Position numbers and translations under genes: made by a program. A stretch of 38,129 nucleotides of DNA from Thecamonas trahens ATCC 50062 (Eukaryota; Protista; Apusomonadida), in NCBI RefSeq assembly GCF_000142905.1, contig NW_013657671.1, positions 546,465-584,593 on the forward strand, given 5' to 3'. The notes below the pieces were generated by a model that saw only the letters and a list, made by a program, of their open reading frames with translations, was not told the DNA's origin and did not search any database. Shown here one piece after another: positions 1-13,388 of the stretch. How positions within the stretch are numbered: position 1 is the first letter of the stretch; each line of letters opens with the position of its first letter.

Positions 1-3000
1 GTTGTGGTGTCGGGCGACGGGGTGCTCGAGCCGACCGAGGTGCTCGACCTAGGCCTTATCGCCAACTACGGCGGCGCGGAACTGGCGGCTGACGGGGTCA
101 ACGTGACCGCGACGATCACCAACGATGACGCGGCGGTGGTGACGATGGCGGCCGGGACGGCTGCAGCGACCGAGCCCGGATCGGGGACGGTCAACGTGCC
201 GATCACGGTGACGATGGACACGACGGCGTCGTACGACGTCGTGGTGGATGTGGCGACGAGCGTGTCGTCGGGCTCGCTCGCGACGGGCGGGACCGACTTT
301 ACGGTCGAGACGACGACGGTGACGATCCCAGCCGGGTCGACGAGCGCAGTGTACAATGCGGTTGTGGCCGCAGACGCATGGTACGACGGCGGTGAGACGT
401 TCGACGTCAAGCTGACCGGCACGTCTACCCCTGGCGTTTCCGTGGGCGTGGCAGACACAACGGTGGTCACGATTGCCGACTCTGGCCCAGCACCTGTGCT
501 GACGGTGAGTGTGGCTGACGGTGGAACGACCGGCGTTAGCGGCGACGGAACGTCGTCAATTTCTTTGGTGGCTCTCGAAGGTGGCACAGGCACGACTAAC
601 GAGGTTGTGCTCACGACATCGCTCTCGCGGCCTGCGGAGCACCCGACTCAGGTGGTCGTGGAGATCGACCCGGCGTCGACGGCAGTGCTGCCGGATGATG
701 CAGCGATTCTCGACTCGGTGACTCGGGGCAGCAGCCCGCTTACGATCCCGGCGTATGCCACCGAGTATAATGTGTCTGTGGTGGTTTCGGGCGACAGCGA
801 GCTGGAGCCGGATCACGTTCTAGACTTTGGACTGGTGGGTCATCTACGATAACGTGGTGAGTCCTCGCCAACGTCTCGGTGACGATTGNNNNNNNNNNNN
901 NNNNNNNNNNNNNNNNNNNNNNNNNNNNNNNNNNNNNNNNNNNNNNNNNNNNNNNNNNNNNNNNNNNNNNNNNNNNNNNNNNNNNNNNCCAGGTCGCTAT
1001 CATTGCCGCCAACAAGCTCATATGACCATTGGTCTTGTCAACACAACGGTTGTGACAATTGCCGAATTCTGGACCGGCGCCGGTGCTTACCGCGACGGTG
1101 GTCGGCGGAACGACGACCGCTGTGTCGGGCGACGGGACGGATGTTATTGATGTGACCGGTCCCGAGGGCGCGGCGTCGACGACCAACGAGCTTGTGGTCG
1201 AGCTGGCGCTGTCACGGCCATCCGAGTACGCGACTGGACTCGTTGTCGAGGTCGATGGCGTGACGTCGACGGCGGATGTGAAAATAAAAATGCGACGATT
1301 GTTGACACTGTGTTTTTGGACGGGAAGCCCGATGACGATCCCGGCGCTTGCGACGACACACCAGGTGTCTGTTGTGGTGTCGGGCGACGGGGTGCTCGAG
1401 CCGACCGAGGTACTTGAGCTCGGCCTTGTGGCCCAGTACAACGACATGCCGGCGACGATCGACGTGGTCAACGTGACTGCGACGATCACCAACGATGATG
1501 CGGCGGTGGTGACGATGGCGGCCGGGACGGTTGCGGCGACCGAGCCCGGATCGGGCGTGGTCAATGTGCCGATCACGGTGACGATGGACACGACGGCGTC
1601 GTACGACAATCATGATGGAATGTGGCGACGAGCAAAATAGTCGGGATACACTCGCGACGGGCGGAAACCGACTTTACGGTCGAGACGACGAAGGGTGACA
1701 ATCCCAGCCGGGGTCGACGAAAAACAGTGTACAACGCGGTTGTGGCCGCAGACGCATGGTACGACGGCGGCGAGACGTTCGACGTCAAGCTGACCGGCAC
1801 GTCTACCCCTGGCGTTTCCGTGGGCGTGGCAGACACGACGGTGGTCACGATTACCGACTCGGGACCGGCACAGGTGAAAACCGCGACGGTGGTCGGCGGA
1901 ACGACGACCGCTGTGTCGGGTGCAGGCACGGATGCACTGTCTGTGTCTGGGCCCGAGGGTGCGGCGTCGACGACCAACGAGCTTGTGGTTGGCTTCGCTG
2001 TCACGGCCATCCGAGTACGCGNNNNNNNNNNNNNNNNNNNNNNNNNNNNNNNNNNNNNNNNNNNNNNNNNNNNNNNNNNNNNNNNNNNNNNNNNNNNNNN
2101 NNNNNNNNNNNNNNNNNNNNNNNNNNNNNNNNNNNNNNNNNNNNNNNNNNNNNNNNNNNNNNNNNNNNNNNNNNNNNNNNNNNNNNNNNNNNNNNNNNNN
2201 NNNNNNNNNNNNNNNNNNNNNNNNNNNNNNNNNNNNNNNNNNNNNNNNNNNNNNNNNNNNNNNNNNNNNNNNNNNNNNNNNNNNNNNNNNNNNNNNNNNN
2301 NNNNNNNNNNNNNNNNNNNNNNNNNNNNNNNNNNNNNNNNNNNNNNNNNNNNNNNNNNNNNNNNNNNNNNNNNNNNNGACGGCGTCGTACGACGTCGTGG
2401 TGGATGTGGCGACGAGCGTGTCGTCGGGCTCGCTCGCGACAGGCGGGACCGACTTTACGGTCGAGACGACGACGGTGACGATCCCAGCTGGGTCGACGAG
2501 CGCAGTGTACAATGCGGTTGTGGCTGCAGATGCATGGTACGACGGCGGCGAGACGTTCGATGTCAAGCTGACCGGTACGTCTACGGCCGGTGCGTCGATC
2601 GGTGTGGCAGACACGACGGTTGTGACGATTGCCGACTCGGGACCGGCGCCGGTGCTTACCGCGACGGTGGTCGGCGGAACGACGACCGCTGTGTCGGGTG
2701 CAGGCACGGATGCACTGTCTGTGACTGGGCCCGAGGGTGCGGCGTCGACGACCAACGAGCTTGTGGTCGAGCTGGCGCTGTCGCGGCCATCCGAGTACGC
2801 GGCTGGACTCACGGTTCAGGTCGATGGCGTGACGACGACGGCGGATGTGCCGTCCGATGCGACGATTGTTGACACTGTGGCGCGGACGGGAAGCCCGATG
2901 ACGATCCCGGCGCTTGCGACGACACACCAAGTGTCTGTTGTGGTGTCGGGCGACGGGGTGCTCGAGCCGACCGAGGTACTTGAGCTCGGCCTTGTGGCCC

Positions 3001-6000
3001 AGTACAACGACATGCCGGCGACGATCGACGTGGTCAACGTGACTGCGACGATCACCAACGATGACGCGGCGGTAGTGACGATGGCGGTCGGGACGGCTGC
3101 GGCGACCGAGCCCGGATCGGGGACGGTCAACGTGCCGATCACGGTGACGATGGACACGACGGCGTCGTACGACGTTGTGGTGGACGTGGCGACGAGCGTG
3201 TCGTCCGGCTCGCTCGCGACGGGCGGGACCGACTTTACGGTCGAGACGACNNNNNNNNNNNNNNNNNNNNNNNNNNNNNNNNNNNNNNNNNNNNNNNNNN
3301 NNNNNNNNNNNNNNNNNNNNNNNNNNNNNNNNNNNNNNNNNNNNNNNNNNNNNNNNNNNNNNNNNNNNNNNNNNNNNNNNNNNNNNNNNNNNNNNNNNNN
3401 NNNNNNNNNNNNNNNNNNNNNNNNNNNNNNNNNNNNNNNNNNNNNNNNNNNNNNNNNNNNNNNNNNNNNNNNNNNNNNNNNNNNNNNNNNNNNNNNNNNN
3501 NNNNNNNNNNNNNNNNNNNNNNNNNNNNNNNNNNNNNNNNNNNNNNNNNNNNNNNNNNNNTCGCGGCCGTCCGAGTTATTCCACCCCAGATGGTGCTCGA
3601 ACTGGACTCTGCGGCAACGACGGTGTCGATTCCCGCGGATGCCGAGCTTGTGGGCACCACAGACCGGACGACTGGGCCGTTTGTGCTGAGTGGGCTTGAG
3701 ACGCATGTCAATGTCTCGATGCTGCTGAAGGGCGACGCTATTGTGGAGCCGCACGAGGTGCTGCAGTTTGGTGTGGTAGCGATCCATGGTGGCGCCGAGG
3801 GCGCAGTTGTGGTCGCCAACGTGACCGGAAACGTGTTCGATGAGGACACTTCTGTGGTCACCATGGCGGTGGCATCTGTGGCGGCAACCGAGCCGAGTTC
3901 AGGTTCTGTCTCTTTGCCGATTGTGATCGAGATGACATCTGTCGTTGCGTCGGACACGGTTGTCAACATCACGGTGGCGCCGTCGTCAGGCTCACTTGTG
4001 ACGAGCGGGACCGACTTTGTTGCCGAGACGGTGACGCTGGTCATTCCTTCTGGCTCGAGAAGTGTGGTGTACAACGCATCAATTGCCGCGGACGCATGGT
4101 ACGATGGGGGTGAGACGTTCGACGTCGCAATTACGGGTGTGTCGGAGCCAGCTACAACTGGCTTGCAGGACACGACGGTGGTTACCATCATTGACTCGGG
4201 ACCGGCGCCGACGATGGTCGCAACTGTTTCGAGCGGGGCAGTCACTGGTGTGACCGGCACTGGCACCAACGATCTCGCTATTACCACCGCTACAGAGGGC
4301 GATGCACCAGCTACCAACGAGATTGTACTGGATGTGACGCTCTCGCGACCGGCCGAGCACCCCACTAGCCTCCAGCTGGTTACTAGCCCCACCTCGACGT
4401 CAGACATCGTGAACGTGTCGACATCGTAGGCACTGTGTCGCGGACTGGCCCGACCGTTCCCTCGCTCGCGACGTCCTACCAGGTCTCGCTTGTCGTCAAN
4501 NNNNNNNNNNNNNNNNNNNNNNNNNNNNNNNNNNNNNNNNNNNNNNNNNNNNNNNNNNNNNNNNNNNNNNNNNNNNNNNNNNNNNNNNNNNNNNNNNNNC
4601 TAGAGACTGATGAGTGCTTGACGTGGCGATGTCGCCTCGTACTACAGTCGCGGCGACCCTCAACGCGACGGTCAGTTGCCCAATGACGACACGGCCGTGG
4701 TGACGATGGCGGCCGGGACGGCTGAAGCGACCGAGCCGGGATCGGGGACGGTCAACGTGCCGATCACGGTGACGATGGACACGACGGCGTCGTACGACGT
4801 TGTGGTGGATGTGGCGACGAGCGTGTCGTCGGGCTCGCTCGCGACGGGCGGGACCGACTTTACCGTCGAGACGACGACGGTGACGATCCCAGCTGGGTCG
4901 ACGAGCGCAGTGTACAACGCGACTGTGGCCGCGGACGCATGGTACGACGGCGGCGAGACGTTCGATGTTAAGCTGACCGGCACGTCTACCCCTGGCGTTT
5001 CCGTGGGCGTGGCAGACACGACGGTTGTGACGATTGCCGACTCGGGACCGGCGCCGGTGCTGACCGCGACGGTGGTCGGCGGAACGACGACCGCTGTGTC
5101 GGGCGACGGGACGGATGCACTGTCTGTGACTGGGCCCGAGGGCGCGGCGTCGACGACCAACGAGCTTGTGGTCGAGCTTGCGCTGTCGCGGCCATCCGAG
5201 TACGCGGCTGGACTCGTTGTCGAGGTCGATGGCGCCACGTCGACGGCGGATGTGCCGTCCGACGCGACGATTGTTGACACTGTGGCGCGGACGGGAAGCC
5301 CGATGACAATCCCGGCGCTTGCGACGACACACCAGGTGTCTGTTGTGGTGTCGGGCGACGGGGTGCTCGAGCCGACCGAGGTGCTCGACCTTGGCCTTAT
5401 CGCCAACTACGGCGGCGCGGAACTGGCGGCTGACGTGGTCAACGTGACCGCGACGATCACCAACGATGACGCGGCGGTGGTGACGATGGCGGTCGGGACG
5501 GCTGCGGCGACCGAGCCCGGATCGGGGACGGTCAACGTGCCGATCACGGTGACGATGGACACGACGGCGTCGTACGACGTCGTGGTGGATGTGGCGACGA
5601 GCGTGTCGTCGGGCTCGCTCGCGACGGGCGGAACCGACTTTACGGTCGAGACGACGACGGTGACGATCCCAGCCGGGTCGACGAGCGCAGTGTACAACGC
5701 GGTTGTGGCCGCAGACGCATGGTACGACGGCGGCGAGACGTTCGACGTCAAGCTGACCGGCACGTCTACCCCTGGCGTTTCCGTGGGCGTGGCAGACACG
5801 ACGGTGGTCACGATTGCCGACTCGGGACCGGCGCCGGTGCTTACCGCGACGGTGGTCGGCGGAACGACGACCGCTGTGTCGGGTGCAGGCACGGATGCAC
5901 TGTCTGTGACTGGGCCCGAGGGTGCGGCGTCGACGACCAACGAGCTTGTGGTCGAGCTGGCGCTGTCACGGCCATCCGAGTACGCGGCTGGACTCGTTGT

Positions 6001-8280
6001 CGAGGTCGATGGCGTGACGTCGACGGCGGATGTGCCGTCCGACGCGACGATTGTTGACACTGTGGCGCGGACGGGAAGCCCGATGACGATCCCGGCGCTT
6101 GCGACGACACACCAGGTGTCTGTTGTGGTGTCGGGCGACGGGGTGCTCGAGCCGACCGAGGTGCTCGACCTTGGCCTTATCGCCAACTACGGCGGCGCGG
6201 AACTGGCGGCTGACGTGGTCAACGTGACCGCGACGATCACCAACGATGACGCGGCGGTGGTGACGATGGCGGCCGGGACGGCTGCAGCGACCGAGCCCGG
6301 ATCGGGGACGGTCAACGTGCCGATCACGGTGACGATGGACACGACGGCGTCGTACGACGTCGTGGTGGATGTGGCGACGAGCGTGTCGTCGGGCTCGCTC
6401 GCGANNNNNNNNNNNNNNNNNNNNNNNNNNNNNNNNNNNNNNNNNNNNNNNNNNNNNNNNNNNNNNNNNNNNNNNNNNNNNNNNNNNNNNNNNNNNNNNN
6501 NNNNCGCCGTCGTCAGGCTCACTTGTGACGAGTGGGGCCGACTTTGTTGCCGAGACGGTGACGCTGGTCATTCCTTCTGGCTCGAGAAGTGTGGTGTACA
6601 ACGCATCAATTGCCGCGGACGCATGGTACGATGGGGGTGAGACGTTCGACGTCGCAATTACGGGTGTGTCGGAGCCAGCTACAACTGGCTTGCAGGACAC
6701 GACGGTGGTTACCATCATTGACTCGGGACCGGCGCCGACGATGGTCGCAACTGTTTCGAGCGGGGCAGTCACTGGTGTGACCGGCACTGGCACCAACGAT
6801 CTCGCTATTACCACCGCTACAGAGGGCGATGCACCAGCGACCAACGAGATTGTACTGGATGTGACGCTCTCGCGACCGGCCGAGCACCCCACTAGCCTCC
6901 AGCTGGTTACTAGCCCCACTTCGACGTCAGACATCGTGAACGATGTCGACATCGTGGGCACTGTGTCGCGGACTGGCCCGACCGTTCCCTCGCTCGCGAC
7001 GTCCTACCAGGTCTCGCTTGTCGTCAATGGCGATGCAGTGCTAGAGACTGATGAGGTGCTTGACGTGGCGATGGTCGCCTCGTACTACCAGGTCGCGGCG
7101 ACCCTCAACGCGACGGTCACGTTGCCCAATGACGACACGGCCGTGGTGACGATGGCGGCCGGGACGGCTGAAGCGACCGAGCCGGGATCGGGGACGGTCA
7201 ACGTGCCGATCACGGTGACGATGGACACGACGGCGTCGTACGACGTTGTGGTGGATGTGGCGACGAGCGTGTCGTCGGGCTCGCTCGCGACGGGCGGGAC
7301 CGACTTTACCGTCGAGACGACGACGGTGACGATCCCAGCTGGGTCGACGAGCGCAGTGTACAACGCGACTGTGGCGCGGACGCATGGTACGACGGCGGCG
7401 AGACGTTCGATGTTAAGCTGACCGGCACGTCTACCCCTGGCGTTTCCGTGGGCGTGGCAGACACGACGGTTGTGACGATTGCCGACTCGGGACCGGCGCC
7501 GGTGCTGACCGCGACGGTGGTCGGCGGAACGACGACCGCTGTGTCGGGCGACGGGACGGATGCACTGTCTGTGACTGGGCCCGAGGGTGCGGCGTCGACG
7601 ACCAACGAGCTTGTGGTCGAGCTGGCGCTGTCACGGCCATCCGAGTACGCGGCTGGACTCGTTGTCGAGGTCGATGGCGTGACGTCGACGGCGGATGTGC
7701 CGTCCGACGCGACGATTGTTGACACTGTGGCGCGGACGGGAAGCCCGATGACGATCCCGGCGCTTGCGACGACACACCAGGTGTCTGTTGTGGTGTCGGG
7801 CGACGGGGTGCTCGAGCCGACCGAGGTGCTCGACCTTGGCCTTATCGCCAACTACGGCGGCGCGGAACTGGCGGCTGACGTGGTCAACGTGACCGCGACG
7901 ATCACCAACGATGACGCGGCGGTGGTGACGATGGCGGCCGGGACGGCTGCAGCGACCGAGCCCGGATCGGGGACGGTCAACGTGCCGATCACGGTGACGA
8001 TGGACACGACGGCGTCGTACGACGTCGTGGTGGATGTGGCGACGAGCGTGTCGTCGGGCTCGCTCGCGACGGGCGGAACCGACTTTACGGTCGAGACGAC
8101 GACGGTGACGATCCCAGCCGGGTCGACGAGCGCAGTGTACAATGCGGTTGTGGCCGCGGACGCATGGTACGACGGCGGCGAGACGTTCGATGTCAAGCTG
8201 ACCGGTACGTCCACGGCCGGTGCGTTGATCGGTGTGGCAGACACGACGGTGGTCACGATTGCCGACTCTGGCCCGGCGCC
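1..8280 (+). repeat. Coding tandem array: 780-bp (260-aa) unit with two Calx-beta domains, interspersed with a second module type
   Basis: GTTGTGGTGTCGGGCGACGGGGTGCTCGAGCCGACCGAGG occurs at 1, ~1371, ~2937, 5342, 6122 (5342+780) and ~7787. A distinct module (..CGCCGTCGTCAGGCTCACTTGTGACGAG..) occurs at 3978 and 6505. Confidence 0.95.
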
Positions 8281-10729
8281 TACCTTTGTGGCGCGGCTAG
8301 TGGACGGAGATACTGCGGGCGTATCGGGCCAGGATACCGCGAATGTTGGTGTTATCACTGGCGAAGGCGACGCGCCGGCGACTAACGAGCTCGTGATGGA
8401 GCTGACCCTCTCGCGGGTGTCGGAGCACGCGATTGACCTTCGAACTGCGCTGGATCCCGCATCGTCGGCGGAGCTTCCGTCCGACGCCACTGTGATTGGG
8501 ACCCTTAGTCGCGCTGAACCGTCAGTGCCTGCACTGGCGACAAAGTACAACGTGTCGATTGTTGTTTCTGGCGATGACGAGGCTGAGAACGATGAGGTGC
8601 TTACGCTCGGCCTCGTGGGTGACTTTTACGGCGAGACCAACGCGGCGAACGTGTCAGTCACGATTACCAACGATGACACGATGGCCTGGCTGGATCGCGA
8701 CTCGCTGATTGTGGTCGAGCCGGTGACTCCTGGCGGAGAAAGTGTGGGCTTCTTTGAGGTCGTGCTCTCTCACCCCGTAGATCGGGCTGTAGACGTCACG
8801 GTTGCGCGGTCGGCGATCACCGGTGGGCTGGCAACTGCGGGGGTCGACTTTGTGGACTCGCCGGTGACGGTGACGATTCCGGGTGGCAGCACGCGCGGGC
8901 GTTTCAACGTCACGGTCCTTGCCGACGAGTGGTATGATCCGGACGAGTCGTTTGAGGTCATGATCACATCAGCTACCGGGGCATCACTCGCGCCGGCTGA
9001 TAACCGAACGGCCACCGTGTTTGTCGAAGAGTCCGGCGGGGTGCCGATCTTGATTGGAACAGTGACTGGCGCCAGCGGCTCTGGTTCGAGCAACGTTGCC
9101 TTTGACGTGGTGGAGGGCAATGTTGGCGACGAGACCGAGGTTGTCATCGGCCTGCAGCTGAGCCGGCCGGTGGAGCGCGAGATGCGGGTCGAGACCCAGC
9201 AGCGGTCGACGAGCACGGCGACGCTCGGCACCGATGGCGTGGCCCGCGATACGGCTACGGGAGGTACCACGCTGGTCATCCCGCCCAACACTGTGGCATA
9301 CAACGCGTCTGTGGTGGTTGTTGGTGACATCGACTATGAGCGCGATGAGGTTCTCGACCTGGCGTTCACGCTGCCAGACGCTCCTGCTATCGCGCCGCTT
9401 AATGCCAACGTGACGATTCCGAACGACGACGCACAGCCTGGTGTCAAGCTGGCTGCGACGCAGAGCTCGAGCCCCGAAGGCACGGTCTCTGGCAACTCGG
9501 CCAAGAACAGGGTCAACATCACGATCGAGCTGGAGGCGAACTCGTTCGAGTCTGTTGTTGTCAGCCTCCGGATTGTGTTCTCTGAAGGCGACGGGGCGTT
9601 TGCGGACCCGTCGGATGTGGTCGGGTTTGACCCCGAGACGGGGACGATGACCATCGATGTGGTGATCCCTCCGGGACAGACCTCGATCACGGTTCCGATC
9701 TACCTGGTCGGCGACGACGTGATTGAGGGCGACGAGACGTTCGAGGTGGAAATCACAACGGTGGTCAATGGCGAGCGGCGTGCTGATGCGGCGCGCCTGA
9801 CGGTGACGATTGTGGAAGACGACGAGGTGTCTGCGGCGGTGCGCTCGTTCCGCAACCGCGGCGACTGGTGGTGGATCTTTGTGCTCTCATGCCTGCTGTT
9901 CATCTGCTGCTGCATCTGCTGCTGCGTGGCGGCGGTGTACTTCCGCGAGAGCCGCGAGTACTTTGACGAGGCCAAGGTCCTGTATGAGGAGTCCAGCCAA
10001 GAGGGCATGGGCTCGACCCAGATCATGACTTCGTCGGTTGTCGACCATGGAACGTCGACGACGCTTGCGACATACTCGTCGACGACTACGTTCACTACCT
10101 CGACCGGGCTTGATCGCCAGTCGACGAGCTCGGTCTTCCACCCTACTCTCTCGAAGATCCCGTCGGACTCGTCAAGCTCGAGCAGCTCGCTCACCTCGGC
10201 ACCAAAGAGCTCGAGCTCTGACTCGAGCTCTGGCTCCAAGTTGAGCGACGAACCGAGTCGCTCCGCAGCCAAGACGGTGCATACGTTGACCGAGTCGTCA
10301 TCCGAGGTACGTGCAGCGGCTGGGCTGGGCAGGGACGGCGCGGTCAAGGTTGATGGCAAGACACTTGTCAAGCGCAAGATTCGCGTGTCACGCTCGGTCT
10401 CGCGGTCGCAATCGGATTCTGGTAGCGACGACGACACGCTGCGGCGCAAGGTGCGGCGTCGGGCGGTGATCAAGTCCGAGGACTCAGCCGACGGCGATGA
10501 GTGGACCAAGCAAAAGCGGCGTGTCAAGGTCGTCTCGCAAGCCGCAGACGGCGGCGCCGTCGTGAAGCGGCGGCGGCGGATTGTCCGCAACTCCTCGTGG
10601 TCCGAGTCGTACTCGATCTCTGGCGACGAGGCCGCGACGACGACGACGACCCGGCGCCGGGTCAAGATCGCCGTCCCTGGCGACTCGACATCGGCATCCA
10701 TGTCTGGATCGGGTTCCGGCCGGTGGTGA
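1..10729 (+). CDS. Giant Calx-beta-repeat type I membrane protein (5' end outside window; interrupted by assembly gaps and small indels)
   Basis: ORFs 4-852, 1059-1640, 1920-3689, 3590-4429, 4676-6640, 6369-7421 and 7448-10729 encode the same T/V/A/D-rich beta-sandwich repeats with Calx-beta-type signatures (GTDF..TVTIPAG, AD.WYDGGETFDVKL, GD.V.E..E.L.L.L, TI.NDD). One hydrophobic segment, WWWIFVLSCLLFICCCICCCVAAVYF (~9866-9943), is followed by a Ser-rich then Arg/Lys-rich tail; stop at 10729. Confidence 0.85.
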
Positions 10730-10949
10730 GTAGGCGCTGTAGACGATGCGAGTGAAAGCAAAAATCCTTTTCAGGTCGACGACGAGTGGGCAAAGTGTGA
10801 GCGAGTGGGCGAGAGGCGGGAGCTGGAGGGCGGCAACACGCGACTCGGGCGTGACGAGTGCGAGGACCGGCGGCAGCGAGCGGGAACAGAGCGAGGCAGG
10901 GCGCTCGAGGGCGAGAGAATAGGAGAGAAGGGAGAGGGGCAGGGCCGAG

Positions 10950-12423
10950 ATGAACCACGTGCGGTACCGTGGAGAGTATGTCCGAGACTGTCCGTATTGC
11001 GGGAGCGAGGGGACGAGGGTAGCTCGCGGTATGCTGGCGAGGGAGCTGTCGGCCGAGGCCATGCTGAGGCTGCTTAATCGGGGCTGGGCAAGATCTGGTA
11101 CTTGGGTCTATCTCCCGGTCAATGCTCCTGCTTGTTGTCCACAGTATCAGATCAGAGCTGACGCTCGGTCATGGCGTCCATCAAAGACCTGCGCGGCAAG
11201 TGGCGCAAGTTTGTCAAGGCCATCAAAGAGCGACCGGAGCTGGAGGCTGCGGCTGGTGATGGAGCGGGTTGCTCTGCGGGTGGTGAGGGCTTTGGACGAT
11301 GGACGGTAAGCTGCTGCAAGGCACGGTTCTCGACAGAGGCATACCAGCTGTATGTCAAGTACCAGGCTGGGGTGCATGACGACACGTCGACGTCGCCGAC
11401 GGGTTACACCCGGTTCCTGGTCGAGACACCACTCAACAGGTCGCCGTCGGTGTCGCGGTTCGAGTCCGGCTCTGCGTACGCGGCAGTGTCGCCGATCGAG
11501 ACTGTGGGCAAGATGGGGGAAGGTGGAGCGAGGGCGTTGGGGCCGCAGACGAGGTTGCGGCGGGTGAGGGCAGCAGCGTCAGTGGCGGCTACAACGAGAG
11601 CAACGCAACGCTGGATGTGGTGTCCGAGTACGGGACATACCATTTTGAGCACCGGCTCGACGGCGAGCTGGTCATGGTGTGCGTGGCTGATCTACTGCCG
11701 GGCGCGTTTGTCTCGTGCTACTGCTTCTACGACCCGGCGATCCGGCACCTCTCGCCTGGTCTGATCTCAGCGATGTACGAGATGCGGTGGGTCCAGCGGC
11801 GCAGCGCCGAGTTTGCGCACTACCTCATGGGCTACTACGTGCCTACCAATGCGCGGATGCAATACAAGCTCCGGTTTGCACCAGCGGAGCTCCTATGTCC
11901 CGTCTCGTATCGGTGGGTGTCTGCGTCGGCGGTGGCGGCGAGCACGCTGGCGCGCCAGGAGCAGTACGGGTGCTTTGTGGTCGACTCTGGAAGCGGTGCT
12001 GAGCCGCTGCCCGAGCTGGTGGCGGCGATGGAGGGCTTTGGGCTCGAGCAGACGACCGACGTTGCTGCTGCGTTTGCCGGGGCGCTCGACGCGTATGCAG
12101 CTGGCGCAGAGCTGGGCGTCCTCGCCGAGTCAAGCCACACCGGGTACTGCGCGATGCGGGCGCTCGAGACCTGCGCGGCAGCGATGGCAGTGCTGACGAC
12201 GGCTGGCCGCGGAACCTGCGAGTGGGACCTGCCGCAGCCGAGCGAGCCAGATCCCGGCATGCTGGTAACGTACGCCGGCATGGTGCTCACATACCAGGCG
12301 TTAATTGTGCTAGGCGAGGGCGCCGTCATCACCTCGAGCCTCCGCCACCATCTCTGCGTCTTCAACCTCTCTGTCGGCCCGGAGCTCTCACGACAGCTGG
12401 TCTACTGGCTGTCTGGGCCGTGA
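10950..12423 (+). CDS. ATE1: Arginyl-tRNA--protein transferase (ATE1), split over three frames by two apparent -1 frameshifts
   Basis: N-domain CPYC..LLNRGWARSGTWVYLP...CCPQYQIR (10950 frame); middle STEAYQLYVKYQAGVHDD..YTRFLVETPL (11171 frame); C-domain YGTYHFEHRLDGELV..D.LP...S.YCFYDP..LSPG..SA.YE..YLMGYYV...MQYK.F.PAELLCP (11617 frame). Shifts at ~11184 and ~11515-11530; the second could instead be a short intron. Confidence 0.9.
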
Positions 12424-12589
12424 GCGATAGCGCATACACAATCACCGGTCCTGCAATGTGTGTCTTGCTCGATGGCAAAGCCCGGGGCATGTCGGCACAA
12501 CAGCGTATCGTGGTCGTGATGGCGACGGTGGCAAGCACTCGTCTTTGTGGCGGAGAGCGGGAGAGACGACAGCCGGACGAATCAGGCGA

Positions 12590-12686
12590 ATGGGACAGTG
12601 TTTCGGGCTCTGCAACAAACGCCCGTATCCCAAGCACGAGTATGGCCCCGGGTATGAGACAGGTACGTATGTGTGTGTGTGTGTGT

Positions 12687-12748
<62 letters not shown>

Positions 12749-13356
12749 TGGTGGTGCCTGCGGGTCGTTGGCGAGTGGTGGAAGGAGGCGTCGGTGGCGT
12801 TGGTGGGGAGGGAGGGAAGGAGGCACTTATGATGATGATGATGATGTTGGTGGTGGTGGTGGTGTGTGTGTGTGTGTGTGTGTGCGTGTGCGTGCGTGTG
12901 GCTTATGGTTTGCTTGTCTGTGTGTGGTCTTGGTGTATGGGTGCGTGTGTGGTCCGTGTGGGCGGTGGTCGGTTGGTGCCGGCTGTGTGCGCAACATGGC
13001 TGGCGGGTCACGTGATGGGGGTGATGGGGGGTGATGGGGGGTGATGGGTGGGATGGGGTGCTGGGGGATGGGCTAAAATGTGTTGGGATGGTTCGGGGGG
13101 GGGGGGGGGGGTGGATAGCGCAACTGCTACCGTTGACGGCGGGATCGACTTCGGACGGCGAGGGCGATGACGACTGGTTGGATGACGCTGCGCCGCTAAC
13201 GCAGAGGCAGATATCCCTGCTGACGCTCAAGCTGTCGCTGGATGATGCACAAGAGCTGCAGCGTGCAGCGCGGATGGAGGACGACATGCTGGAGGAGGAT
13301 GCGTTTCTGGATGCACAGCGCGCGGCGCTCGCGGCGGACGAGGCAGCGACAGCCAA

Positions 13357-13388
<32 letters not shown>

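Noticed and set aside
989-2021. Divergent or pseudogenic repeat copies with AAA insertions
   Set aside because: Small contig between gaps with homopolymer over-calls; most likely low-coverage sequence rather than biology.
1-8280. CRISPR array or transposon interpretation of the repeats
   Set aside because: Units are 780-bp in-frame coding repeats with no unique spacers, terminal repeats or transposase.
66-10761. Long antisense and alternate-frame ORFs over the Calx-beta gene (and similar shadows over other genes)
   Set aside because: Expected shadows of GC-rich, codon-biased, repetitive coding sequence; no domain signatures.
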